The notes: a model not told the origin generated them from the letters alone. Numbered from the stretch's first letter, positions 1 to 10,424 are shown. The stretch is 64,000 bases of DNA from Candidatus Cloacimonadales bacterium (GCA_963678315.1 OY782781.1:1824001-1888000); one strand, 5' to 3'. A program made the numbers and translations.

Positions 1-1140
1 AAAATCATGAAACTGTTATATAACAACAGTAAAGCTTTTCTAAGTCATAATAATAACATAGAATTGTTTCCTGATGGTATTAAGCTGTTTGATAAAATGT
101 TACTTGATATTAAACAGGCAAAGCACCACATACATTTGGAGTATTTTGGTTTTGCAAATGATGAGACAGGTAAGAGATTCAGAGATGCCCTGATTAAAAA
201 AGCACAAGAAGGTGTGGAAGTTAGAATCATTGTTGATGATGTAGGTTCATGGAAATTCAGATTTATGTTAGGCAAAATCTTTAAATCGTATGGAGTTAAA
301 GTATATTACTTCAACAAGGTTAGAATTCCTTTCATGAATAGTAGATTTAACTATAGAAATCATCGTAAAATTATTGTTATAGATGGTAAGATAAGCTACT
401 TAGGAGGCTTAAATATTGGGAATAAATATGCTTCCAAAGATAAGTATTTTGGTTATTGGAGAGACACGCACATGAGAATTCAAGGAGGGGCTACTCTTGG
501 CTTGCAAACTGTCTTCTTGACTGACCTATATTTTCTTTCTAAAGAATATCTTTTTAAGGAAGAGTACTTTGATAATAGCTATACTAGTGGTGATATCTCT
601 ATGCAAGTTGTAACATCAGGTCCAGATTCTGATTGGGAAAGCATTATGCAGTCATATTTTATAGCTATTACAGGTGCAACCCGAAATATTTATATTACTT
701 CCCCTTATCTTATACTTAATGAAAGCCTGAATATTGCTCTTATTACTGCAGCCCTAAGTGGGATTGATGTTCGCATTATTGTTCCAGGAAAGCCTGATCA
801 TCTAATTGTATTTTGGGGGTCTAGGTCATATTATCAAGACTTGATAGAAGCAGGTGTGAAGATTTATGAGTATAGCAAAGGATTTATTCATGCAAAGGTT
901 CTGTCTGTTGATAGCAAACTTGTATCTATTGGTACTGCAAACATGGATATAAGATCGTTTAATCACAACTTTGAGATAAATGGCATAATCTATGATTCAA
1001 TTGTAAGTAGAGAAATTGATAATCAATTCTTCAAAGATATCGAAGATTCCAGGCAAATTACTATTGAAGATATCAATAATATATCAAGGTTCACTAAAGT
1101 AAAGTTAGGTATTTCTAGGTTATTCTCACCTCTACTGTAA
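1..1140 (+). CDS. cls: Cardiolipin synthase (phospholipase D family), N-terminus probably outside the window
   Basis: Two HKD motifs (RNHRKIIVID, FIHAKVLSVD), plus WRDTH and GTANMDIRSF. The frame is open from base 1 and the usual N-terminal TM segments are absent. Confidence 0.93.
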   Translation, partial: KIMKLLYNNSKAFLSHNNNIELFPDGIKLFDKMLLDIKQAKHHIHLEYFGFANDETGKRFRDALIKKAQEGVEVRIIVDDVGSWKFRFMLGKIFKSYGVKVYYFNKVRIPFMNSRFNYRNHRKIIVIDGKISYLGGLNIGNKYASKDKYFGYWRDTHMRIQGGATLGLQTVFLTDLYFLSKEYLFKEEYFDNSYTSGDISMQVVTSGPDSDWESIMQSYFIAITGATRNIYITSPYLILNESLNIALITAALSGIDVRIIVPGKPDHLIVFWGSRSYYQDLIEAGVKIYEYSKGFIHAKVLSVDSKLVSIGTANMDIRSFNHNFEINGIIYDSIVSREIDNQFFKDIEDSRQITIEDINNISRFTKVKLGISRLFSPLL

Positions 1141-1147
1141 CAAAAAA

Positions 1148-1174
1148 AAGAGTAAAGACTTGGTCAATACTCTT
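1148..1174 (-). terminator. Intrinsic terminator hairpin between convergent cls and the small ORF
   Basis: AAGAGTA..TACTCTT inverted repeat. The A-run at 1142-1149 gives a U-tail on the minus strand. Confidence 0.55.
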
Positions 1175-1197
1175 CAAAAACTATAAATAACTATAAT

Positions 1198-1362
1198 CTA
1201 TGCTTCTATTTTAGCAGGATCTATTTTTTTACAAACTTTACATACCATAATAGTTTTATCATCTTTTTTTAATTCGTGTAATAATTTAACACCTGTTCTT
1301 CCACATGAAGGACAAGTTCCACGTTTTTTATCAATATTCTTTCCACGGAAATTCTTTGCCAT
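1198..1362 (-). CDS. Small basic Zn-ribbon protein, 54 aa (not in the ORF track)
   Basis: Hand translation MAKNFRGKNIDKKRGTCPSCGRTGVKLLHELKKDDKTIMVCKVCKKIDPAKIEA. Two CxxC motifs, GAGGAG RBS upstream, terminator downstream. Confidence 0.85.
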   Translation of the reverse strand: MAKNFRGKNIDKKRGTCPSCGRTGVKLLHELKKDDKTIMVCKVCKKIDPAKIEA

Positions 1363-1541
1363 CTTAGCTCCTCAATTTTTTACGATTTATTAAACAACAA
1401 CTATTTACAAATAAAAATAGTCAAGAAAAAATTAAAACAATATTCATAATTAGTTAAAATAGGGGTAAATCTATAAAAAAAGTTAAAAATAAACTTGCAA
1501 ACTTTTGCAATACAGTAATAATTTTGTATGAGGACAATATC

Positions 1542-4500
1542 ATGAAGAAAATTATACTGATTATAGTGTTATTAGTTGTAATGTTGGCAGCGTTTGGTTT
1601 GGATATATCTTATAAGATACCTTCAGTTTTAGTAATCCAATCATACCACAGTGGTTTTATGTGGTCAGATCAGATTAATAAAGGATTTACAGAGAATCTG
1701 AAAGGAAAAGATCCTAAAATAAGAATAACAACAGAATATTTAGATACAAAAAGATTTAATAGCCCAGAATATTTTGAATCTATCGAAGCTATGTTGATTA
1801 AAAAGTATACAGATTCTGATATTGATGTACTTGTTGTTGTGGATAATAATGCTTTCAACCTTGTAAAAAAACTAAGATATAGTCTATTTGATGATATACC
1901 GATTGTCTTTTGTGGGGTAAACAATTTTCAAGACTATATGATTAACGACATGGTAGATATTACTGGAATAAGTGAAAATATTGATGTTCCTAGTAATATA
2001 AAATTGATTCATCAATTGAATCCTAATGCAAAAAAACTGCTTATAATCAATGATACTTCTGAAACTGGTAACAAAATCCAAGAAGAGTATAATGTGGCGA
2101 TTAGACCATATAAGAATAGTTTTGAGGTAGAATTCATTAGAGATGTTTCCTTTTCTGAACTACTTAGTAAATTAAAAAACCTATCTGATGATTATGTCGT
2201 ATTATATTCTTTGTTCTTAATTGATGGTGATGGAGAACATATTGAATATGATGAGAGTATCGTTAAAGTTGTAGAATCTACCAATGTTCCTGTCTTTATA
2301 ACTTGGGATTTTTCTTTGGGATCTGGAGCTGTTGGAGGTTCTTTAACTAGTGGCTATAAGCAGGGTAATGAAGCTGCAGAGTTAGCTTACAGGATTCTTG
2401 ATGGTGAGTCTGCAGACAATATTGCTATCAGAAAGATTGTTGAACCGGAAATTGTTCTTGATTGGAATGCAATTCAAGAAGCTAATATTGATGTTTCTTT
2501 GTTGGGTGAAGAGGTTAGATATATTAACAAACCTCAGACTTTTATCGAGAAGAATAGAACCTTAATATTCAAATTTAGTTTGGTTATTTTTGTCCTTACT
2601 ATTATAATAATTATTTTAATATTCTTAACCTATAAGAAAATGGTTCTACAAAGAAAACTACAGAGTACCAATAATGATCTAAATGATTTAAAAAGTGGGC
2701 TTGAAGAGGAAGTAGAAAGAAGAACTCTGGAATTATCCAATGAGAGAGATTTTGCTAACAAGATTTTTAATAATGAATATGCAATAGTACTAGTTATTAA
2801 TATGAATGGGAAAGTTATTAGAGTAAACAATTACACTAAACAACTTCTTAATCTTCAAGGATTCGAGGAGAAGGATACTGAATTTTGGACATTGATTGTT
2901 AATAATGAGGCAAAACATGTAATGGAAGACTATTTTCATACAAAGAAAACTGGTTCTATTGGCCCCACAGTTCTTATGAGAAATCAAAAAGGTAGCATAT
3001 ATAGTGTTCAAGGCTCTTTGAATTATACCGAAGATTCAAGTAAAGATGCTTATTTTATTTTTAATGGTGTCAATGTTACTGAAAAAGAGATCTTTTATGA
3101 AAAGCTCAAAAACCAAGAGAGTAAGTTTAGAGCAGTATATGATTATAATGGAATATCTCTAGCAACAATCAGTCATAATGGTATCGTTACAATGGTAAAC
3201 CAACAGTTTGTAGAACAATTTGGATTCACTAAAGAAGAAGTTGAAAATAAAATGAAGTGGAGTGAATTTATTCATCCTTCATCCTTAGATTTGATTAAAA
3301 GTAAACGAAATAGAAGGTTTGATAATAGAGAAAATAGAAATTATGATTCCTATGAAATCAAAGGAACAGATAAAAAAGGAAGAGTACTCGATATAATGCT
3401 AAGTGTTGTTTTAGTGCCATCTACAGGAGATGTGATCGCATCCTTAGCTGATATAACTCATAAGAACAGAGAAGCTTCGCAACAGAAGAAAGAACTTCTT
3501 CTAAGTAAAGCCCAAATGAATCAAAATATAGACTTTATAGCAGACTTCTGTAATGATTTAGTTCATCCAATTGAAAATATTTCTGGAATTAGCTCTATTA
3601 TTTCTCGTCAAATGATTGAATCTGAATATGGAGATATGATTTGCAATATCAATGACTCCGCTCTCCAAATGTTCTATATCATTAAAGAAACTTTAAACTA
3701 TATTGATGGGAATATTAATAAAAACTACTATACTGATATAAGTATAGAAAAAGAAACAATTAAATCTGTAAAAGCAGTAATAGATAGATTGGGTATTAGA
3801 AAAATAAATTACCAGATTGCTGAAAATGTACCTGATAGATTTAGAACTGATAAATTCAAGTATATAAAAATACTACTTATCCTAATAACTAAATTCTATA
3901 AGCCACAAAAGAATGATTCCATAATTGTTGCTATTAATTATAATAAAAACAAGAAGGTTCTTGACTTACTTATTAATTGGACATCTCAATTAGAAACAAA
4001 AGATAGTGATTTGAAAGCTATAAATAATCAAGGAGGTGAACTTAATAATCTACTTGAACTTAATAGATTTAAGTTAAATCTAATAGTTTGTAAGCAGTTG
4101 ATTAAGTCCTTGGGTGGTAATTTTGAGATTGCTTTGAATAATGATAAAAGCCCTTATTACAAATTCTCTATAGCCGAAAGTGAAGAGTTAGTGAATGAAG
4201 AAGTCGCTGAAAGTGTTAGAAACTTCACAACAATAAAAGAACTCTTCAATAGCCTACTTGAAGAAAATGACCTAGCACAAAGTGATGTAGATAATTCTAA
4301 TTATCCTTTAAAAGTTATTATTCTGAACTATTCTGGTGTTTACCATCATGTTGTTAAAAGAATGTTTGAAGTGCTTAATTATGAAGTAGTCACTATTGAA
4401 TATGAAAGAAATATTGAGGAAGTGTTTAGTAGAAACACATTTGACCTTGCTCTAATTGATTCACATCCTAAATTCAATAATTATGATGATTTAAGTAGAA

Positions 4501-4685
4501 TTAGAAAGATGGGGAATAAGATTAATCAACCGTTTATAGTATCACTTAACTCTTTCTTTAACTACAATGATAATGAAATTGATTCTAAGAAGGGTTTGAT
4601 TGATTATCAATATGATGATACACTCAGCTTTGAATCTTTAGCTAAAGTAATTAAGCTTGCTTGGAAGTTCAAGAATAGTAAATAA
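1542..4685 (+). CDS. Membrane sensor: ABC substrate-binding-like periplasmic domain, TM, 2 PAS, degenerate HisKA/HATPase and degenerate receiver
   Basis: VLVIQSYH..W..EYLDTKR and PIVFCGVN periplasmic motifs, a TM near aa 350, PAS-like segments. H-box reads FCNDLVHP. ATG 1542 follows GAGG. Confidence 0.75.
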   Translation: MKKIILIIVLLVVMLAAFGLDISYKIPSVLVIQSYHSGFMWSDQINKGFTENLKGKDPKIRITTEYLDTKRFNSPEYFESIEAMLIKKYTDSDIDVLVVVDNNAFNLVKKLRYSLFDDIPIVFCGVNNFQDYMINDMVDITGISENIDVPSNIKLIHQLNPNAKKLLIINDTSETGNKIQEEYNVAIRPYKNSFEVEFIRDVSFSELLSKLKNLSDDYVVLYSLFLIDGDGEHIEYDESIVKVVESTNVPVFITWDFSLGSGAVGGSLTSGYKQGNEAAELAYRILDGESADNIAIRKIVEPEIVLDWNAIQEANIDVSLLGEEVRYINKPQTFIEKNRTLIFKFSLVIFVLTIIIIILIFLTYKKMVLQRKLQSTNNDLNDLKSGLEEEVERRTLELSNERDFANKIFNNEYAIVLVINMNGKVIRVNNYTKQLLNLQGFEEKDTEFWTLIVNNEAKHVMEDYFHTKKTGSIGPTVLMRNQKGSIYSVQGSLNYTEDSSKDAYFIFNGVNVTEKEIFYEKLKNQESKFRAVYDYNGISLATISHNGIVTMVNQQFVEQFGFTKEEVENKMKWSEFIHPSSLDLIKSKRNRRFDNRENRNYDSYEIKGTDKKGRVLDIMLSVVLVPSTGDVIASLADITHKNREASQQKKELLLSKAQMNQNIDFIADFCNDLVHPIENISGISSIISRQMIESEYGDMICNINDSALQMFYIIKETLNYIDGNINKNYYTDISIEKETIKSVKAVIDRLGIRKINYQIAENVPDRFRTDKFKYIKILLILITKFYKPQKNDSIIVAINYNKNKKVLDLLINWTSQLETKDSDLKAINNQGGELNNLLELNRFKLNLIVCKQLIKSLGGNFEIALNNDKSPYYKFSIAESEELVNEEVAESVRNFTTIKELFNSLLEENDLAQSDVDNSNYPLKVIILNYSGVYHHVVKRMFEVLNYEVVTIEYERNIEEVFSRNTFDLALIDSHPKFNNYDDLSRIRKMGNKINQPFIVSLNSFFNYNDNEIDSKKGLIDYQYDDTLSFESLAKVIKLAWKFKNSK

Positions 4686-4694
4686 GTTTATACA

Positions 4695-4725
4695 AGAAAA
4701 GCTCTTAGACTTAAGAGCTTTTTCT
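4695..4725. terminator. Bidirectional intrinsic terminator
   Basis: AGAAAAGCTCTTA-gact-TAAGAGCTTTTTCT between convergent genes. Confidence 0.75.
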
Positions 4726-5209
4726 ATTTCAATGCATATATTAAAGCAGTAGTTAGTTTTAAGATATCAGAGTCTGTTTTCTCGAGAATTGAAGCTAGTT
4801 TCAAGGCTATTTGCATGAGGATATTAGAACCTATATTGGGATAATCCTTTAAAATGCTTGTAAAGTCTTTATGATTTATTGTAAGTAACTCGCAATCTGT
4901 TCTTGCTATTGCTGAAGCAGTTCTAAGCTGCTTTCCAAGAAGTCCTACTTCACCGAAGAAGGGATGCGAATCTCCAGATAATGTGAGTAGGGTCTTTTCT
5001 ATACCATCATCTTCAAGAAGGGTCATTTTCTTTGATATGCTAACATCTCCTGAATACAATATATATAATTCATTGCCTGCACTATCTTCCAAGAAGATTG
5101 TTTCTCCAGCCTTGAACTTGACTTTCTTTAACTTGGTCTCAACCAAACTCAATTCATTATTATCTAAATTAGCAAAGAGTGTTATCTCTTTTAAAAAGTT
5201 GTAATTCAT
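4724..5209 (-). CDS. Stand-alone cyclic nucleotide-binding domain protein (no HTH)
   Basis: Phosphate-binding cassette FFGEVGLL..RTASAIA. ATG 5209 follows a GAGGA RBS that overlaps the upstream stop. Confidence 0.85.
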   Translation of the reverse strand: MNYNFLKEITLFANLDNNELSLVETKLKKVKFKAGETIFLEDSAGNELYILYSGDVSISKKMTLLEDDGIEKTLLTLSGDSHPFFGEVGLLGKQLRTASAIARTDCELLTINHKDFTSILKDYPNIGSNILMQIALKLASILEKTDSDILKLTTALIYALK

Positions 5210-5216
5210 AGCTTCC

Positions 5217-6368
5217 TCACAGTACAATCCCCTTATCGTTTATTTCAATAAGGTAGTTATCATCGGGTTTAATTTTTAGATTAGATCTTTCTTTCTTAAT
5301 AGCAAGTTTCTTGCCAGATAACTCAAATTGTCTCTTTATAAATGTGTCTATATTGGACGAATCATCTGAAAGGATATCTTCTATACTGAAATCAGGGTTG
5401 TCCGTAACTACTCCCAGAAGAAGTAGCTTATGTTCTCTTTTAAAGTACATAGAAAGCTCTTCAAATGTTCTTCCAACATATTCATGAGGTATCTCTATCT
5501 CTCTTAGTCCTTGGTTATCTTTATTGCTAACAATCTGTTTAATTACAGAAGGAACGCTAGGATTTATTGTTGCATTTGCAAGTAAGTCTCCACCAATATC
5601 GTCATAAATAATGACATTTTGAATCTTTTCTCTTTGTATATTTGGAAGGTACTTTTCTTTCTTTAGTTGAATATTTATCTTTCCTTTGACTTTCATAGAA
5701 CACAGGTTATGAGTGGCAATAATAGTTCTTTCATCTGAAGGTGAAGAGTCTGGTTTACTTTCATCGTAAAGCAGCATTATCTGTCTTGCATCTTTAACAT
5801 TAGCTCTATCAATTATTTCTTGGTTGGTAAAATCACCTTTGATGAATTTAATTGTCATGTCTTCGTACTTGCTTCTAATAGAAGAGATTTTGTCCTCTGA
5901 TAGCTCATTTACTAAAACAATATCGCTATTAAAGTTGCCTGATTTGTGTGATAGGAAATCCAATATCCTGCTGGCACTACTATTCCAACCGCAGACAATG
6001 ATGTGATTTTTTAATTTAATTCTAGTCAAACCTTTACGCTCCTTAATTTTTTGGTCGATAAAGTTACTTGCTATATAAGCTGTAAATGTAGAAAATGAAA
6101 TAAATCCAAGAAAGATAAATATGATACCCACAATTCTACCCCAGAATGAAATAGGGTATAAGTCTCCATATCCAACTGTAGTAATGGTAACAAGTGACCA
6201 CCATATCGCATCAAAAAAGTCTTTGATATTGCCATTGTCTGATTCTACCAAGCTAATAGCTATAGCCCCTAAGAGAGTCACGGCTAGAACCAGCATAACT
6301 TTCTTAAATAGCTGTATAAGTTTTCTATTACGATGAATCAAGTTCTTGAACTTAGAATGTCTAAACAT
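5217..6368 (-). CDS. Potassium channel (2TM pore plus RCK/TrkA-N domain)
   Basis: DAIWWSLVTITTVGYGD selectivity filter, plus NHIIVCGW and FIKGD RCK motifs. Confidence 0.92.
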   Translation of the reverse strand: MFRHSKFKNLIHRNRKLIQLFKKVMLVLAVTLLGAIAISLVESDNGNIKDFFDAIWWSLVTITTVGYGDLYPISFWGRIVGIIFIFLGFISFSTFTAYIASNFIDQKIKERKGLTRIKLKNHIIVCGWNSSASRILDFLSHKSGNFNSDIVLVNELSEDKISSIRSKYEDMTIKFIKGDFTNQEIIDRANVKDARQIMLLYDESKPDSSPSDERTIIATHNLCSMKVKGKINIQLKKEKYLPNIQREKIQNVIIYDDIGGDLLANATINPSVPSVIKQIVSNKDNQGLREIEIPHEYVGRTFEELSMYFKREHKLLLLGVVTDNPDFSIEDILSDDSSNIDTFIKRQFELSGKKLAIKKERSNLKIKPDDNYLIEINDKGIVL

Positions 6369-6557
6369 TACTACCTCTAAAAATGTTAAAATCCATATTT
6401 AACTTTCAACAATAATTAATAATGAAATCTATAATTATAAATTATCTGTTAACTATTTTGTTGTCAAGCCTATAATTGTTTTTATAAACTTCTTGACTAA
6501 CTTAAACTTATAGTGTAAAATAGTAATTATTAACAAGATATAAAAATAGGATGTATT

Positions 6558-9500
6558 ATGAAGAAAATCAGTATAGTATTGTTTTTGTTTTTTCTAGCCC
6601 TAAGTTTGAATTCTGTTGTACAAGAAGAAGGTGACTTACTTAACTTCTTTTTTGCTAGTGAGCCTAGTTGTGCTTATGATCACTGGGAGTCACACATTGT
6701 TGAGGGAATAGCCCAAGAAGGTTATAATTCTTATGCTCCTTATGATAGACAAACTGATGGATTCGGTTCTTTTACTATACCAACAGAAAGCCAATCTTCC
6801 AATTGGAACAATGCTATTGATTATTTCTTCAATGAGCAGTATAATTTAGCTCAAATGACTCTCAGTAATGCAGATATACCTTATACTGTTGTTGAATTTA
6901 CTTATAATGGTGACATTTATTATATGTTGCGTGAGAATCTAAATACTTCCTACATAGATGATAATGGAACAGCTATTGCTTATGATGATGAAATCGGCTC
7001 TTTTGACTTTGGTTGGGGTATTTTTATATATAAGCCTAACTCTCAAAATCCAATTATGGTTTCAGCTCCACATCCTAATGATGACTTTGTTTCTACATAC
7101 TTTAGTGTTCAGGCTTTTCTAGATTACGATTGTCAATACCTAATGATAAATGGAGCGGGAAGAGAAGTAGAATGGTGGGGTTATAACTACAATAATAGTA
7201 AGTCTCTTTGCGACCCATCTAGAAATGAAGACCTTCCTTTTAATTATTTCTATCTTAAATCCGCTCAAAAGATTAGAGAAGATTTTGATAGGCATGAGCT
7301 TTCAATTCAAATTCATTCCTACGATTGGAACAATCATGCTGGTAGAGCGAGTCTTCAAATATCTCCGGGTCAATCAGGAGTTCCTACAGGATTACCAATT
7401 CGTGATTGGTCACAAGACCAGAATGATGTAGTTCAGAACACTGATTATATTATCTTTAATCAAAATGAACTAGGTAATAATTCTGAAGTTACAGTATTAG
7501 ATTATTATGCTATATACAATCCTGATTTTCCAACAATCTATCAAGACACTCTATATATCACTAATCAAGTTAATTTACCTGGTTATGGTAACTCTTCACA
7601 TGAAGCTATTAGTCAGCAAGACTATCAGCCATGGTCTGCATTTAGTCCTTTCTTTCATGTAGAATATGATGAACTTCCTAATTGCTTTGAACAAGATCTT
7701 GAGACATATCACTGGTTTTATGGCTTTAATCAGTCAACAAATTCATGGATTACTAACAACAAATTCAATCTTGCTAATCAATATTATGAGCCTTTCATGG
7801 AAGCTCTTGGTCAATCTATTGAAGCATTCATTGAATATGATGATGGAAGTGACCAAGTTCCTGATATTACTAGTTTCGAACGTACTTATGCAGGTTCAGG
7901 TGTAACATTATCATGGGAAGCTGAGACGCCTTATGACTTTGATTCCTACCTACTTTATGTTTCAGAAACGCCAATAGGACAAGACAATTATGATGTATAT
8001 GATAATCTAGGCGTAAATGGTAGTAATAATAATGGATTGATGGAATTGGGTTATCCAGGAACTAAAAGCATAAACTTTGAAGAATTATCAATGAATCAGA
8101 CTTATTATTTTGCATTAGGTCAAAGAGATAGGCAAGGAAATGTGTCTTCTATGTCGGAACAAGTTTCTCTTACTACTTTACCTATTGTTACAAGCACATT
8201 TGATGCCTTATCTTATGATGATCAGATTGGAATTTCATGGACAGTTTATGACCAGGATAATAATCAAGGATTTGAGATTTATAGAAAGCAGGAAGGAGAA
8301 GAATATGAACTTTTAGATAGTTACATAACTAACTCTGAGTTGGCGATAACTTCTTCTAATACCCAAGATTTTGAATACTATGACACAAGTTTAAACTCTA
8401 ACATAGTATATTACTATAAAGTTCATTTAGTAAATAATGATAATGAAAGTAACCAGCTTTCCCAAGAAATTGAGATTGCAAGGTCTGATTATTTTCAACT
8501 TACTGTTGAGAATATTATAGCTTCAAGTACTTTTAAGTTTGGCTCAAACTTACTTGCTACAGATGATTATGATGAAGTTTATGATAGACTTTTCCCAAGT
8601 TGGTATATTTATGGTATATATAATGAACTTGGACTAAATAAGCTAAAAGCAAGCTTGGTGAATCATTTTGATTCTAACTCTGAATATCATGAACTTAGCA
8701 TGGCTTTCTTAAATCCTAGCGGAAGTGAAACCTTCACCCTCGATAATAGTTCTAGCAAGAATAGTGAGCGCTTCTACATCTATTATGATAGCCAGCTATA
8801 TGACCTTAGTCAGGGACCAATTCAAATAGACTTCGGAAATACTCAACTAGCTAACTTCAAGCTCATCTGGGGTAATCTTCAAGCAGACTTATCTTTTAAC
8901 AATAGCCCAGATATTGTTGCTTCTTCAAATCAAGGAGCAGATATATCATGGGATGTACAATATCCTGAACTCGTTGACCATTACTCAATTTTCTTTAGGA
9001 ATGAAGAAGATTCTTTAATGGCTGTTGAGAATCTTCCGTCCTCTGCAAGTAGCTATAATTATGTTTATAATGCTAATCAAAATCTTCGTTCAATAGCTTG
9101 CTTTATTAGAGTTCATTCTATTGATGGTCAAGTTATTGATTTTGAGTTCCCTAAAGCAGCTGTTTTGATTGGCAATATAAACGAATATGTCTACAATAAT
9201 GATAGTAATAATTATCTAATATCATATCCTTATTCAAGCAGTGTTGATATAAACCCATTTACAATGATTACAGGACTTTATAGTCTAGGGGAAGATGGCT
9301 TTGAAGAAGATGGCATTATCAATAAAGAACAAGCAAACTTACTACTTACTGATGATGTATTTACTCTGCCTTTTGAAGGTAACTATAGTCTACAAGATAG
9401 TTTGCAAGTTCTAGACTATGGCTGGAATTTATTAGTTAATCCTCATCCTATTGATTACAAAGTGTCCGATCTTATGTTCTATTATAACAACACCTACCGA

Positions 9501-10415
9501 AGCTTGGAATATATCTTAACTAGAAACTTATTTATTCCAACATTTATTACTATTCGTGATGGTGCTTATGTTCAAACTGATTCTATCAAGGCTTTCGAAA
9601 GTGCCTTTGTATTCTCAATGAGTTATGATGAAGTTGCAGTTAATTTCCGACCTAATAATTTCAATGAAGATTTCGCTCCCTTGCAAGCATCATTCTATGC
9701 AACATTAGAGTTTTCTACCCAATCTGGAGCAAAAGATCAACTAACAATTGGCATAAGAGAAGGTATAGAAGCAAATATAGATCCATATTTTGATGCTGTA
9801 AAAGCCCCAACCAGACCTGTAGCAGGTATTTCTGAAGCATATATCATTCCTGATGATAGTATTATTGATTACTTCCCTAAGTTCCAAAAGAAGATTGAAG
9901 CAGAGATTCCAGGGGAAGGATATTCATGGAATTTTGCATTTATAAACTCAATAGATGCTGATGTTCAGGTAAGAATAGTTGATAGCAATCTAGGAGAAAA
10001 CTACCATGTTGAGTTGACTTTAAATGGAGAAAATTATAATATCTCAGAAAATAATGTAACTCTTGATTGTGGTAATTCTAGTGGTCAATTCCAAGGAAGT
10101 CTAAATCTCCTATCAGGAACTCCTAATGCTAGCCAAGAGCTTTCACCTGCTAGTATTCTATCAGTTTACCCAAATCCATCTTCTAAACACTTTAATATTG
10201 AGGTTGTAAGTTCTAAATCAAATTACCAAGTATCTGTTTATAATATCAAAGGTCAAAGAGTTAAGAAGTTTAATGTTAGGGATAATAAATCTTCAAGAAA
10301 TACTCTAAGCTGGGGAAAGGATAAAAAGTTAAAGAATCTTGCTTCAGGAATCTACTTTGTTAAATATTCTGATGAAGATACAAGTGATATAAGGAAGATC
10401 TGTCTGATTAAATAG
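6558..10415 (+). CDS. Large secreted protein with an uncharacterised N-terminal domain, FN3-like domains and a T9SS/FlgD-like C-terminal sorting domain
   Basis: Signal peptide, FN3-like motifs (VTLSWE, YYFALG, GFEIYRK) and C-terminal VYPNP..VYNIKGQRV..LASGIYFVK..KICLIK. Confidence 0.8.
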   Translation: MKKISIVLFLFFLALSLNSVVQEEGDLLNFFFASEPSCAYDHWESHIVEGIAQEGYNSYAPYDRQTDGFGSFTIPTESQSSNWNNAIDYFFNEQYNLAQMTLSNADIPYTVVEFTYNGDIYYMLRENLNTSYIDDNGTAIAYDDEIGSFDFGWGIFIYKPNSQNPIMVSAPHPNDDFVSTYFSVQAFLDYDCQYLMINGAGREVEWWGYNYNNSKSLCDPSRNEDLPFNYFYLKSAQKIREDFDRHELSIQIHSYDWNNHAGRASLQISPGQSGVPTGLPIRDWSQDQNDVVQNTDYIIFNQNELGNNSEVTVLDYYAIYNPDFPTIYQDTLYITNQVNLPGYGNSSHEAISQQDYQPWSAFSPFFHVEYDELPNCFEQDLETYHWFYGFNQSTNSWITNNKFNLANQYYEPFMEALGQSIEAFIEYDDGSDQVPDITSFERTYAGSGVTLSWEAETPYDFDSYLLYVSETPIGQDNYDVYDNLGVNGSNNNGLMELGYPGTKSINFEELSMNQTYYFALGQRDRQGNVSSMSEQVSLTTLPIVTSTFDALSYDDQIGISWTVYDQDNNQGFEIYRKQEGEEYELLDSYITNSELAITSSNTQDFEYYDTSLNSNIVYYYKVHLVNNDNESNQLSQEIEIARSDYFQLTVENIIASSTFKFGSNLLATDDYDEVYDRLFPSWYIYGIYNELGLNKLKASLVNHFDSNSEYHELSMAFLNPSGSETFTLDNSSSKNSERFYIYYDSQLYDLSQGPIQIDFGNTQLANFKLIWGNLQADLSFNNSPDIVASSNQGADISWDVQYPELVDHYSIFFRNEEDSLMAVENLPSSASSYNYVYNANQNLRSIACFIRVHSIDGQVIDFEFPKAAVLIGNINEYVYNNDSNNYLISYPYSSSVDINPFTMITGLYSLGEDGFEEDGIINKEQANLLLTDDVFTLPFEGNYSLQDSLQVLDYGWNLLVNPHPIDYKVSDLMFYYNNTYRSLEYILTRNLFIPTFITIRDGAYVQTDSIKAFESAFVFSMSYDEVAVNFRPNNFNEDFAPLQASFYATLEFSTQSGAKDQLTIGIREGIEANIDPYFDAVKAPTRPVAGISEAYIIPDDSIIDYFPKFQKKIEAEIPGEGYSWNFAFINSIDADVQVRIVDSNLGENYHVELTLNGENYNISENNVTLDCGNSSGQFQGSLNLLSGTPNASQELSPASILSVYPNPSSKHFNIEVVSSKSNYQVSVYNIKGQRVKKFNVRDNKSSRNTLSWGKDKKLKNLASGIYFVKYSDEDTSDIRKICLIK

Positions 10416-10424
10416 TGTTTTCAT

